Notes: generated by a model not told the origin, from the sequence alone. DNA of 64,000 nt from Lytechinus pictus (GCF_037042905.1 NC_087245.1:8930001-8994000), one strand, 5' to 3'. Positions 52,096 through 64,000 are shown, numbered from the stretch's first letter. Translations and numbers: made by a program.

Positions 52096-52659
52096 TACTG
52101 AATCTAAGTAAAATCGAGATGTCAATGTATTCACGATGACGATACGCTTCTATAGCTCTAACCAATATTGATCAATGAGGTTTTTAATATTACTTTTGAA
52201 GTAGGCGTTCAAATTGTTTTAAAAAGTCGTTCATAGGACTCGTTTTTTCACAATATCTATTTCTGACTTTGAAAAGCTTCGCAATCCTATAGGTGCCAGT
52301 GTTCAGTGCAAAACGTCATTTTACTCAGCGACACGTTTTCTCAGATAAAATGTCACAATGAAATGAAGATCGGGAGAGTATAACCAGTCTCCTAAGTCCG
52401 TTTTAATAAACGTAAGTATCCACAATTCACCGGACATGCTTGTCATCATATAGTCTGGAATTACCTGAACCAGGCACACGAATTTATATCATTGCATTTT
52501 TCTTATTAAAATGAAATGCGTGATTGCAAAAGGGACTAAAATCCACTTTTGACAAAAATAGATTTTTTTTGTATAAATATTTATATCTTAGACCTGGCTA
52601 TCAAATGCAACATATCTCTTTTGAAAAAAAAATGGAAAGTTGGAATTTATTGCAAATTT

Positions 52660-53255
52660 GAGTTTATTCCAAAAGGAGGTAATCCAAACAGTATTATTAA
52701 AAAAAGAGCTAAACCCACTACCGGGTCATTTAAAATTGGTTAACTTTACTACTTTACACAAAGTTATGCATACAAATTTGCAGGTACATGTTGTAGAAAC
52801 AAGTTCACACCATCTGTGCAAATTTGATGAAAATAATAACAATATATAAGTTTACTATTTTTATTAATATTTCTGGGGATTTAGTTCCTTCAATATCGAA
52901 AAGTCATCGTCTTAGAAAAGATGAAAAATATTTTTTTTCTTTTTAAATTTTCAGTGGATAAACATTAGATACGATTTAATTTCCAATATCAAACATGTTT
53001 AAATTGGCAAAATGGACATTCAACTAAGGTTTTAGTCCAAAAGGAGCTAAATCCAATAAGAATAAAAAATTTAAAAATTCTTTAAAAAATGATATCAAAT
53101 GCTAGATTAAAAAAAGGGTGATTAAATCATTCTGAGAGGATAACATATATATGTCAAAATAAAACAGATGTGATAAAGGGAAAGTGGTGAATTAAAAAAA
53201 AATGATTTACAGAAAAATACTAGAAGAGGATTTAGCTCCTTTTGGAATAAAACTC
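52660..53255. mobile_element. Non-autonomous DNA transposon segment with GAG...CTC TIRs (possibly Sola-like)
   Basis: gagtttattccaaaaggaggtaatcc / ggatttagctccttttggaataaaactc, with extra internal copies of the motif. TSD not clean, and the element may extend left to ~52530. Confidence 0.5.
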
Positions 53256-54565
53256 TTACATATATTTATATATATATATAGATTTGTATTTCGAGTCTCC
53301 ACTGGCGTCTTAGTCACGTACTTTTAAGCCGTTTTGTTTGATTTTTCTGAAAGGGAGATGTGTTTATTAAACTAAATGTATGGTATATCATTTCTTTCTC
53401 ATTTCACGAATATGGCGAGTGTATAACGTGTAAAAAAATTGACAGAAAATATATTTTTCTCTTGATAGGTGCAGATTTTATTTCTTTGTTTTATTTAATA
53501 GTCATCGAATTAAATTTATTACAAAGAAATCATATGTTAAGGAACCATGCACACATGGCACATATCAAAACCATAAAAAAGACAACAACTTTATAGGCGA
53601 AATTACAAAGATTTGTAACGTGTGACAAAATGATAGCCTGCTTCTGTTCACAGTGACCATTTATTTTTTTATGGGGATTTACGTTACAAGGAAGTTTCTA
53701 TGTTTTCTACCATCCAATTCAGTTGAGCATGCACTAATATCCTTGTTCTACAGAAATACCTGGCTCATTGCATGGACACTCATCGTAAGATTTGTGTTAT
53801 TTCGGCCACCCGCTATTACTAGCTATTACATTACCTACCAATGTGTAATGCATCTTTACCTAATCAAAATCTGGTCTACCCCGGTCCTTCTCTCTCTGAT
53901 ATTTCTCCTTCCTTTTTTTTGTTCCTTTTATTTTCAGTTTGTTTTCCTCTTTCTTCCTTTCTTGATTTATTTAGTTTTCTTTCTTTCTTCCTTTTTTCCT
54001 TCCTTTCTTTCTTCCTTCCTTTCTTTCTTTCTTTCTTTATTTCTTTTTTTAATTTCTTTTTTTTTTCTATCTATTATTTCCCCTTTTTCTTTCCTTTGTC
54101 TCCCTTCTTTTTTTCCTCCCTTTCTTTTCTTCATTTTTCCGTCGGCAATGTAGATTTACCGACAATATCCAGAGTAGTGGGGGAGGGGGAGTCGCACCCC
54201 CTCCCCACCCCCTCCCTTTAGCAACGGCCCTACATGTGATGATCTGCAAGTACTAAAAACGTATAAATAGGTTACGTGACGTCTTTACAGGTTGAAGACA
54301 CCCAGCATCAACAAGTTTATTATTGTGGCAATAAAGATTCAAACTAAACTTGACATGGACTTGCCCCGTTTAGCAATTCAGGTGCTATTTACATGTACAT
54401 GCATTTAAGTGTATCAAACCGTGCGCTAGACATATTATTATTATAAATTTTGGCTCCTGAATATTTTTATATACTGCAAATTAATCTGTAAAAATAGGGG
54501 GAAAGCCTGTAATAAAAATTTCAAGTTCCATTTTCAATCACGACAAATAAGTGGGAAAGATTGCG

Positions 54566-55126
54566 TTACACCATTATTGGTCCAATGTTGGTTTTGAATA
54601 AGAGTCTCTTAAGTTCCGTCCTAAAGTCATTTGAGCGCGCCCAGAAAATTACAGGATTGACAATCAAATTAGCGTTTAATGAAAGTACACATATATCTTC
54701 TATCAAATCATTCTCGGAGTAGAAAATTGTCAAAGCTAAGCCTGGGATCCAGAAAGCAACCGATGTTATGTATATGGAGACAAAAGTTATCAGCAAACGG
54801 CGATTCTCTTTCAAACGGCGCACGTCTCGTGAACTCGTCACTCCGCGGTATATAAGTGCATACGAGATCCCTGTCAGAGCAAAGAAGAATAGGATAAAGC
54901 TCGAAACCCACGTACTTCCTTCATCAAAGATGACGAAAATATGAACCAAAAAACCGTTCAACCACGTCAACACACAGGCTAAGATGCATCGAGGTGTAGT
55001 GACAAGATTTCTAATTCCGAAAGGGTCAACCTGAACGGTCACATAGCGGTAGAGGGCCAGTAAGAGAATGTTCAGACTCGCTGAAACTATACTCGATCCC
55101 CAGGTTGTGAGGAGAATACGGGGTAC
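54566..55126 (-). CDS. Rhodopsin-class GPCR paralogue 2, coding exon 2 (TM3-TM7)
   Basis: Acceptor ttttttcaattacag|GTA, phase 0. Reads VPRILLTTWGSSIVSASLNILLLALYRYVTVQVDPFG...AFWIP...NPVIFWARS; stop TAA. Confidence 0.92.
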   Translation of the reverse strand, partial: VPRILLTTWGSSIVSASLNILLLALYRYVTVQVDPFGIRNLVTTPRCILACVLTWLNGFLVHIFVIFDEGSTWVSSFILFFFALTGISYALIYRGVTSSRDVRRLKENRRLLITFVSIYITSVAFWIPGLALTIFYSENDLIEDICVLSLNANLIVNPVIFWARSNDFRTELKRLLFKTNIGPIMV

Positions 55127-55174
55127 CTGTAATTGAAAAAAAATATATAATATACATTAATTTATACATATATA

Positions 55175-55275
55175 CATTGGCGGCGGAGCAGAGGATTATC
55201 TTTTGTGTTTGGGGGGGACGCAACAATACGCGTCCCCCCAAACACAAAAGATAATCCTCTGCTCCGCCGCCAATG
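55175..55275. mobile_element. 101-bp hairpin MITE (hAT-like 8-bp TSD)
   Basis: ~46-bp arms perfect except one extra G, 8-nt loop; TSD catatata (55167-55174, 55276-55283). Confidence 0.85.
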
Positions 55276-55299
55276 CATATATATATATGTATATATATA

Positions 55300-57425
55300 T
55301 ATAAACAGTGAAACAAAGAAAACTGAGAGAATAATAGATGCATAGCTTTACACCTAAAATGCGAATTGGAAGTCTGCGAGTGCATGCAATGCGCGCGCAG
55401 AAAATATTTGATATTTTACGTGATCTAAAACTGGATGATTTAAATATAGAACTAGAGGCGTATCTGAATAAACATGCGTGCGCGTGTGTCAGATTTTGAC
55501 CTAGAATCTGGGCATTCTAAATATCTTTTTTATCATGAAAATCAATAAAGCAAGCGCGAAGCACGAGCTATTTGATATTCCGATCTGAAAAAGGGTCAAT
55601 TTCAAGCACTTTGTAGAAAATTGTGAGGTAGATATGGATCACTGTTAAAAAGAGCTGGTGTGTTTCATTATTATTACTTCGAGTTTTGACATAGGACCGG
55701 GACATTCTAAGAACATTATGTCATCATATGAAATGATGACTTACTTCTTATTTCTCTTCCTAAGCGCGAGATGAAACTTGTCGATATTCCATTCTGAAAA
55801 AAGGACAATTTGATTAATTGAATTAATATCTTATTTATTAATCTAATAAGCCTAATGAGAGCTCGAAATCTGTTATATAATACCATGGCCTGAAAACTGG
55901 CCATTTAAAGCACTTTTGAAATTATGAATAAGATGCATGAGTTAATACATTTTCAACAATCAATGCGAGCGCAAATCGCGAGCCTTAATTTGTGATGAAC
56001 TGTCATGAAATGTGGATTTTAAGTAGTGTTTTTTTTATAGAAATAATATTAATTTAACTCATCAATCAAAATGCGAGCGTCCAACGCTAGCTGATATGTT
56101 ATGTTATATATAAGTAGAATTGTATGAGCAATTACATTCATTTATTTAGTTATTTCCTCTTTAAGGATATTCATAGCATAGAATGATTAAGAATATTCCA
56201 GAATATCTCAGTAAAGCTTTGTTAGGCATGCCTACACCTATCTAAAGACTGAGGAATTTTGTTATTTCTGAATAGAGGTTGGTTCACAATAGACTCGTAG
56301 TGGCAGTGAAAAGAACAATAGGATTAGCTATGTTGTTTACATTGTTAATTTCACTGAGGCCATTCAAGAGTCTTCTAAAATTAGACTGCTCTAGAAATTG
56401 GTAAATGTTCTTTTTGTAGACAATACTAGAAACTTCCAGAATAGTGAATAATTTGTATAAAAGCTGGCAGTTTCTTCAAGGACATCATCACATCAGATCA
56501 GAACTCAGAATTTCACACCAGACTTTATGTCAGAGTATAGTTTATTCCCAACTGGGATACAACATCTATCTTCTGTCGAATTATTTGCACGCCATCAATG
56601 AACTGTTTGCAATTACTTTGAGAGAGGAATTCTCAGTTCTCATCGAGATCATCAACCTGTTTTAATGAACGCTTTTCAACCGATGGATTGCTGAAATTGA
56701 CTGTTAATCATCATCAACATCGTCTTCACAGACATTTCAACTCGTTACAGTGACTCTTGTTATTCATCGTGCTTCAACATCGATTTCATCATCGCCATCA
56801 TTGTGAACTTTAATTTAAGGAATCTTCGCCAACCAATTTTGATTTATTTTGATTTATATCATAACCTTGGATTGCACATCTAACTCTTCAAGACATGTAA
56901 GATGTTTTATTTATGTTTGTTTAGTAATCTATATCTTTCCTGTAATAAAAGAAAAGGAAATGAAATTTAAAACTAAATTATTTTTTGTTGCAATATCGTA
57001 ACAGTTAATATTCACACCATGAAACATAATTTTTTTACAAAGCACTTTTTTAAAATCAATTTGTAAATCAAAAAAAATAATGAAAGTTCGATTTCCGAGG
57101 TGAAATATGTTTTGTATATTGACTTCAAAGTCTGATATTTTAAGCTCCATATTGAACAGAATATGTGAATCACCTAAAAGGCAATGCGAGCGCGAAGCGC
57201 GAGCGAAATTTTCATATAGTGACATGAAAGTTTTTTTTAATTATTTTACAAGTTTTCCCCTCATCTTATTTTATTCACTCATCTTCCTCTTATGTTTCCC
57301 CTTCCTTTTTTCTCCTCTTTTCCCTTCTTTTTCATTTTTTTCTTCCCCCTTTTTTCCCTTTTTTGGTCCGCCAATAGAGGGGGGGGGGGGGGGCGAGGGG
57401 CCTGGGCCCCCTGGATCCGCCTATG
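55300..57425. mobile_element. Older non-autonomous element with repeated gcgagcgcgaagcgcgagc units, interrupted by a solo LTR
   Basis: Repeated units sharing the motif seen in 24737-25504; right end gggccccctggatccgcctatg; left boundary uncertain. Confidence 0.5.
56102..57003 (+). mobile_element. Probable solo LTR (902 bp, Gypsy-type 4-bp TSD)
   Basis: TGTTA...TAACA termini; TSD gtta (56098-56101, 57004-57007); aataaa near the 3' end. Removing it restores the host repeat unit. Confidence 0.8.
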
Positions 57426-57931
57426 TTTATGGTGAAACTTTGTTCTTTTTTTGAAACTTTGCACCTTTCAGAGAGGTGCAAAGCTGCACATTTAAAGGTG
57501 CGAAGTTGAACATATTTTTATAAGTGTGTACATGTATCGATATTTCCATTTGGCTATTACAAAGTGTTTAAAGACTTCTCGTTTTCAGTTCTAATAATTA
57601 TGAGGTCTACGCATCGTATATTTTATTATCAAATAGTATTAACCCTTTTCAAATAACATAGAAGAAAAAAAATCAGATAACTATTGATATCCGCATCATC
57701 TGATTGTTTAAATGGAATCTCTATGTCCGTGATAATTACAAAATGTATTTGAAGTATCAATAAGAATAAACCTACATCCAAATTAGAAGATATGGGATTC
57801 CACCGATAAAAACAATCATAATGTTACCTTTTCCTAATATTTAAACAAGTTCACTGTATGTTGAATTGTCTAATAACACTACTAACCTTAAACTATAGGA
57901 TTACATTATGTTACACGCCGTACACACTTAC

Positions 57932-58204
57932 CTTTCTTGTCATGAAAACAGCCAGTGATATCAGCATTACGAAGGCGGAAAATATATCAATAACTGCCAT
58001 ATTAAATGTAAATATGTTATGCTGTTTCCTTAGTCTCGGTGAGCAGACAACTAAAATGATGATAGAACTGTTTAAAAACACTGATGTGGCAGCCAAAAGT
58101 ATATTACATATCTCAATCATGTCAATAATGAGATCTTGTGGTTCCCTTGTAGTCACCGTAGGTTGAGTGAAATTACCCACTTCGTTAGTTGTGGAAGGAA
58201 TCAT
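57932..58204 (-). CDS. Rhodopsin-class GPCR paralogue 2, coding exon 1 (N-terminus, TM1-TM2)
   Basis: MIPSTTNEVGNFTQ...FLNSSII...SPRLRKQHNIFTFNMAVIDI...MTRK; donor AAG|gtaagt, phase 0. Spliced product is 277 aa. Confidence 0.9.
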
Positions 58205-58760
58205 CCTCTATAAAGCGTTTGGATACCTGACAAATAAGCAGTTCGGATTGGATTTAGAATCAAATAATCCCCTATCACGTATAGTCAGTGCTCATACCCC
58301 CCCCCCTTAACGGTTTCTATATCGCATGCGAAGACAGGCTTGTTGGTAGGCCTATGTATTTTATGAGTTTTATTTGATAATAATGAGATCCTTACACACT
58401 TTCAAACACTTTAAATCAATATCAGGTCTCGCCCGATCGCCTAAAATGAGTTACTTCGTGAGTCACTGCTATCTGACTTAGAATTACTGCCACTGTGTTA
58501 AACATTCAACATTAATTAATTAACCTAGAAATGACATGCACTGATATGATTAATAACCTGGCTCATTCATACCCTGTCGATCATGATGCCTAGTGCTTTT
58601 AATATTGTAGCTTTCAATAACTTCTTATATCCATTAGGCTAATATATCGATGCATCAGTCATCTGTTTAGTATCCACTTTACTTGATAATGTTGATTACT
58701 TCGAGAAAATAATTATACCAAGCGTGCCACTCAGTGGGCAATGCAAGGTACCAACAATTA

Positions 58761-59193
58761 GGGGGAAGTGGGGTAATGACAAACACCTTTCTGATCAGAG
58801 CGATAGCAAGAATCAAAGTGAGCCTTATTCCAAAACTAGTACATAATTTGATAAAAACACACCATATATTGACTGTAACAACGTCTTTATTCAACATCAA
58901 GCATTCCTTTATAATTTATAGTACAAAACGCAGATTTTCGGGATTACCCCGCACTTCCGGGCCACAGGGTAATCGCGAACGCTATTCGTGGAAACATAAA
59001 CAAGTAAAGATATGTAATTTGGATTCTTTTCGATTATTCTTTAATCGGAAGAGACAAGTCAACAGATCACTGAATGGGAAGTCAGACAACATTCTGTGTT
59101 ACGGCTATTATGCCGTGACAGCAGAACCTCACCTCTCCTATAGATATTAAGGTGTTCGGGATTACCCCGCGTTCGTGATTACCCCACTCTCCC
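58761..59193. mobile_element. TA-flanked MITE
   Basis: TA|gggggaagtggggtaat ... attaccccactctccc|TA, with internal ttcgggattaccccgc repeats. Confidence 0.75.
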
Positions 59194-59619
59194 TATGTTT
59201 ATCATTATCACTGATTTGCAGGTTAAAAGAACGCAGAATGCACCTCCACTATTAGTCTAACATGTCTAATTTTATATAGGTACATTTTTTAAAAGGATGA
59301 TTTTATTGTATTCTCTCAAATCAAAATACACATTCGCAGTTCATAAACCAGTTGTAGAAATGATTTGAAACAAGATTATGAATTATACAATAAATCCATA
59401 TCCCATATAATTATACAACATATACATCAAACTTCTAAGATACCGCACCTTCCCCATGGAAGGGACACCAATTCCCCGTATTATATTCATGTTTTTTTTC
59501 TGGGAAAAAAAATATGTGTTTTTGTTTGATGGTTTTTGTTTAGTTTTGTGGTTTTGTCTCTCGCTCTATATATACCTTTGCCTCTCTCTCTCTCCCTATA
59601 TATTACTTTAATTTAGATT

Positions 59620-60200
59620 TTTCCCATTTCCTTAAACGTAGAGACATCTTGCCTCTAACGCCATCCTTTTTTCTTCCCACTCTTCTTTTTTAAATTTCCT
59701 TTTAATTTCACCCATGGTTACGAGTGCACCATTTTCCCCTCCCTTTGAAGAAATTTTTACAAAGATTACAAAATGATTGACTAAACGTTCCTTTTCTTCA
59801 TCCATTGATTCTACACCTACAAGGATTTTCTCCCAGTTTGAATTACCAATAGATGGCGATTAGATATGTTTCCTCCTCTTTTTTTTTTACAATAACAACG
59901 ATTATTTTTCGAGATTTTAAAACGGGACAAGTGGTGATTTTGTATAAGCAATGCCGTGCAACATTTTAAATTGAAACTCTCGTAATCTGCTGTTAAGAGT
60001 ACATTGTCTTGGTCTCATAAAAATGTGTTCAATTTTTTCATAAGAAAAACTATATTTGTTTTTTAACCTTTCGAAAACATCAGGTATTGCAAAGTTACAT
60101 TTCATAAAACTTTCACAAACATTTTTAGATACTAACTCATCTATTTTTAAAATAGATCGACTTAAAGACAAAGCTGTTTGGCCGTATACATAAAACAATG
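59620..60200 (-). mobile_element. Degenerate 3' fragment of an L1/Tx1-clade LINE ORF2
   Basis: Translation includes TLNSRLREFQFKMLHGIAYT followed by a frameshifted Cys-x-Cys...EET segment, resembling the zf-RVT region C-terminal to RT. Frameshifts and stops present. Confidence 0.6.
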
Positions 60201-61150
60201 TAAAAGTAGTGATTGCTTGCAAGATTTCACTTCAATCAAAACATGCACAACATAAACAATATTGTGTATTTTGTTATGTTTGAAATAAATTAATGAAGTG
60301 ATGCATTTCCTTCCATTTTAAAGATAGATTATATGAACTTTAGCATTGGCCGAATCTGGGGTGTTAGTGAGGTACAGGTAAAAAACAACAACAACATGGA
60401 AACATAAGTTATGCACACCTAAGACGTCCATGATGATGAAATTGAAAAAAAAAAACCCACATGTATATTCCTGCCATGTTTATTGTAGACATTCAAATCA
60501 GTTATTAAAATCATCCGATAATACTGACACTACTTTAACTAAACTCAAAGCTGGAAAACAAAAGTGTTGTAACGAAAATAATATTGTAGTTCTGTAAATT
60601 AATCGTACGCCATTATTGCCATGATTATTTCCAACCCTCTTGAAATTCTAGATACTGGTATCAGTTGTTACGATACCAGTATTGATATCTAAGCACTTCA
60701 TACACCTCCCGCAACATGGATACCATGCCTGTTGATTGACCTGCCTGGCCTGTATAATAAAACTGTATCATACGTTCACTACCAAAGTCTCCACCAGTGT
60801 CCTTTGTATTGGATCATCAGTGTCCGGTAATAAACCGTTTGTGATTGATCGCATTAGGAATGGCAAATCTAATTTGTTCCTGGACAGTGTTTAGCCTAAA
60901 AAACATCTAATATTTACCTTAATTAACCAAAGCTCTTTTCTCACTGAATACAAATTTTGTGTTGCAAAAGCTAAGATTGCGTTGTCCTCAAAACACTGCT
61001 TTTATCAAATTAACAAAATTATGTAAATGAATACTTACTCCAACAAAAAATATTCATCTCAATTTATTTTTTTTATTTACAGTTCTAAGGCCTACTTTTC
61101 AGGTAAAAGAGAAATTAATTGATTCTTTCGCACCTAATTAGTCCTCAAGC

Positions 61151-63665
61151 CTATACAACTTCCATGATACTGAATGGCGCCACGCGACTTCCCCAGATAC
61201 ATTGCCTCACTGCAGTCTTGAATACATTTGATCTTAACGTGTAAATTACAGTATTCACAGTCATATTGGAGTTATACAAAGCTACTAAGATATCCATTGT
61301 AGTCATAGCATGCTTTCCGACTAGCCCAGCAAACATATCGGTAGGGAGAAAGAGACGGATGTAAGGTAAATACCTGCGAATGTTTTCAACACACGACGAT
61401 TCTCTCTCAACCTCTCTCCGCGTACTCCCACTCCGCCCTCCATCGATACTTGCCGCGTCAAACCGCGGTAAATTAGCCGATGGTGCCATGAGCCTAATTA
61501 CATCAGGAGGGCTAAAGATATTCGTTCGACCCAACCCATTCGAATTTTTTTAATTTGATATTGCTGATTGACAAAAGTGTATGAATATGATTCAAAATCT
61601 AACACTGATTCTAGAAATGGTAACTACTGAACTTCCTTTGCCCAAATTGGGAAGATATATCAATGATTTGGAACTATTTTTTGACTGGCGGAAGAATTGG
61701 GGCTTTTTTACTGTTTCAGTTGATGAATTTGATCCCATCATAGTTATCTTCATAAATGGCGATTTATTTTTAAAATGAGCTGGCTACGATACCCTTCTCT
61801 GGTCAGATATGGAATGTCAGATATATATCCTATCTAAAGGTAGTAAACATTCGACCCTCTAATTTCACATTTATTTTTTATGAATTTTTCTTAAGTGCCA
61901 TTTTAACACACAAGTCTATGGGGAATGTTTTACGCGCGTGAGACCTATAGGTAATACAGGCGAGTTCCCTATAGTGGATGGAATACCTGCCCAAACTCCT
62001 CAGTAGCAAACAATTTCTAACTGATATCATCATGTTTAGTCATCAAGTGGTGCAAAAAATGGATTTAATGGCTTAGCAAGGCTATATATCAGGTAAAGTT
62101 AGTAGGTATGTGTATGTAAGCCTAGGAATGCATATAGACTGGCCAATGTGAGTCTAGGCCTCTTTATGTTTTGATTCATCATTGGTTTGTGCTAGTGTAT
62201 GATCACCTACTTAATGTTAGAAAGACCTTTACAAATTGCTCATGTTAAAATTGTTCTTTGGAATGGGGTAGAGAGGAAATAGAACTTTGTGAACTTTACT
62301 GAAGAGAACTAGAGTGGTACCTTCAAGAAGGTATTTAGAAAAAGGCACATAGTAAGGTAAGGTATATAATAGTGCTCAACTAAGGAGGGAGGGGGGGTGG
62401 CTGTGTGCTCCAATCTTATTCTAGCCCCCCCCCCTCTTTATAAGCCATGCCATCTATAAAATTATCTTTCTTTCTTTCTTTCTCTCTCTCTCTTTCTCTC
62501 TCTCTTTCTATCTATTTATGTATCTCTTCCTTCTTACATCTGATAGGCAATAGCCCTAGGAAGATTTTGATACAATAGGTCAAGTTTAAATGTACTAAAG
62601 TAATATGTTCTCATTCTTTTATTGTTTCCTCATTCAATCTCATGTATATCTGGTAATTATGTTTGGGGGCAGTTCTGGTATCCTGATATCTACACAAAAT
62701 TTACATACACCTTTATATTACAAGGAGGGGCCTATATATATTGTCATTGCATTCACTCATTGGGCTATATGCAGGTAGGATATGTAGACATCCATATAGT
62801 GAATATAACATGTATGAGTAACACATTAAAATGGGTCATTGCATAGAAAATAGGCATTTTCAATGCATTTCTTTGTGCTAGTGTGAGTGTACAGATATAA
62901 AAGAATAGCAAAGTAGCTATTAAAAAAAATAAAATTCATAGGTCATATAATAAAGGTGCCATGAGCCTAATTACATCAGGAGGGCTAAAGATATTTGTTC
63001 GACCCAACCCATTCGAATTTTTTAAATTTGATATTGCTGATTGACAAAAGTGTATGAATATGATTCAAAATCTAACACTGATTCTAGAAATGGTAACTAC
63101 TGAACTTCCTTTGCCCAAATTGGGAAGATATATCAATGATTTGGAACTATTTTTTGACTGGCGGAAGAATTGGGGCTATTTTACTGTTTCAGTTGATGAA
63201 TGTGATCCCATCATAGTTATCTTCATAAATGGCGATTTATTTTTAAAATGAGCTGGCTACGATACCCTTCTCTGGTCAGATATGGAATGTCAGATATATA
63301 TCCTATCCAAAGGTAGTAAACATTCGACCCTCTAATTTCACATTTATGCCATTTTAACACACAAGTCTATGGGGAATGTTTTACGCGCGTGAGACCCGAT
63401 AGCAGATTCCCGTGGACACAAAAACTACAATGTTCGCAATACCTATATGTATTCCTATGCCATTCGCTACAAACTCCATGGCAGGAAAAGAGCCGACTAC
63501 CCATGCCATAAAACAAGCGAAGATATATCGAGGTGTTGTTACGATATTCTTGACTCCAAACGGATCGACCTGAACCGTCACAAAGCGGTAGATGGCCACA
63601 AGTAGAATATTGAGACCGGATATAACTGTGCAACAGCTCCAAATCGTGAAGTACATGTTTCTTAC
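61151..63665 (-). pseudogene. Rhodopsin-class GPCR paralogue 3, exon 2, disrupted
   Basis: Acceptor tttttcattgcag|GTA at 63665. Reads VRNMYF...AIYRFVTVQVDPFG...STGICYR, then the insertion, then LIYRGLTRQ...LRENRRVLKTFAGIYLTSVSFSLPICLLG-TAG (61321-61323). TM7 (NTVIYTLRSNVFK) is in another frame. Exon 1 would lie beyond the window. Confidence 0.9.
61482..63396. mobile_element. Non-autonomous composite-like DNA transposon with long terminal direct repeats (KolobokP-like)
   Basis: Direct repeats 61482-61945 (464 bp) and 62955-63396 (442 bp). Each has an imperfect TIR, ggtgccatgagcctaa vs (rc) ggtctcacgcgcgtaa. 1009-bp core; TSD cgat (61478-61481, 63397-63400); inner junctions tata / taaa. Confidence 0.8.
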
Positions 63666-64000
63666 CTGCAATGAAAAACAACAATATAAGTTTAATTCAT
63701 AGAATTATCAAACGTTTGCAGATTCATTTTCTCTATGAAAGATGTGTTCTCTTAAACTGCTCTTTAATAAATTAAATTATTTTCATGCCGTTGAATTCAG
63801 TTGATTTACTTTTGTTTCTATATGCTTTCTCTGTAAACACTCAATTTTAATCGAGTAAATGTTATTATATTTTTTCATTCATTCTTGCTCGTAAGATTTG
63901 TTTTAAGAGCCTTCACGACTCTCCGTCAAAGGCCCTGGTCAAATGCCCATGCTGTGTCCTGTCAAATGTAAATGGTCCTGGATATAGTAGGGTTTAAAAA

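Noticed and set aside
61151..61534. 127-aa ORF as an independent gene
   Set aside because: A chimera of transposon sequence, out-of-frame GPCR3 sequence and the frameshifted TM7/C-terminus.
61581..63251. Duplicated 65-aa ORFs (61581-61778, 63054-63251) as a gene pair
   Set aside because: They lie inside the two terminal direct repeats; the duplication reflects the repeat and the peptide has no recognisable domain.
61482..63396. TRIM or LTR retrotransposon interpretation of the direct-repeat element
   Set aside because: Termini are GGT..ACC instead of TG..CA, and no primer-binding site or polypurine tract adjoins either repeat on either strand. Disfavoured but not formally excluded.

Overview
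AT-rich, repeat-dense animal genomic DNA with spliceosomal introns. The gene and transposon types suggest an echinoderm such as a sea urchin (inference). Bases 1-48 kb are almost entirely non-coding: MITEs, SINEs, a solo LTR, Helentron-type elements, microsatellites and a few candidate isolated exons. Bases 48-64 kb hold a plus-strand LDL-receptor class A (LDLa) exon, then a minus-strand tandem cluster of three short rhodopsin-class GPCR paralogues with a conserved phase-0 intron. Two are intact (286 and 277 aa). The third is frameshifted and split by a 1.9-kb insertion of two ~450-bp direct repeats around a 1-kb non-coding core with a 4-bp TSD. That architecture resembles a non-autonomous KolobokP composite-like DNA transposon, not an LTR retroelement. 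The other highlight is a pair of near-identical ~180-bp SINEs with a 7SL RNA (Alu-domain)-like head and a Deu-like core. They sit head-to-head inside a 3.8-kb foldback element that also contains other nested transposons. All family assignments come from reading the sequence by eye; no searches were run.
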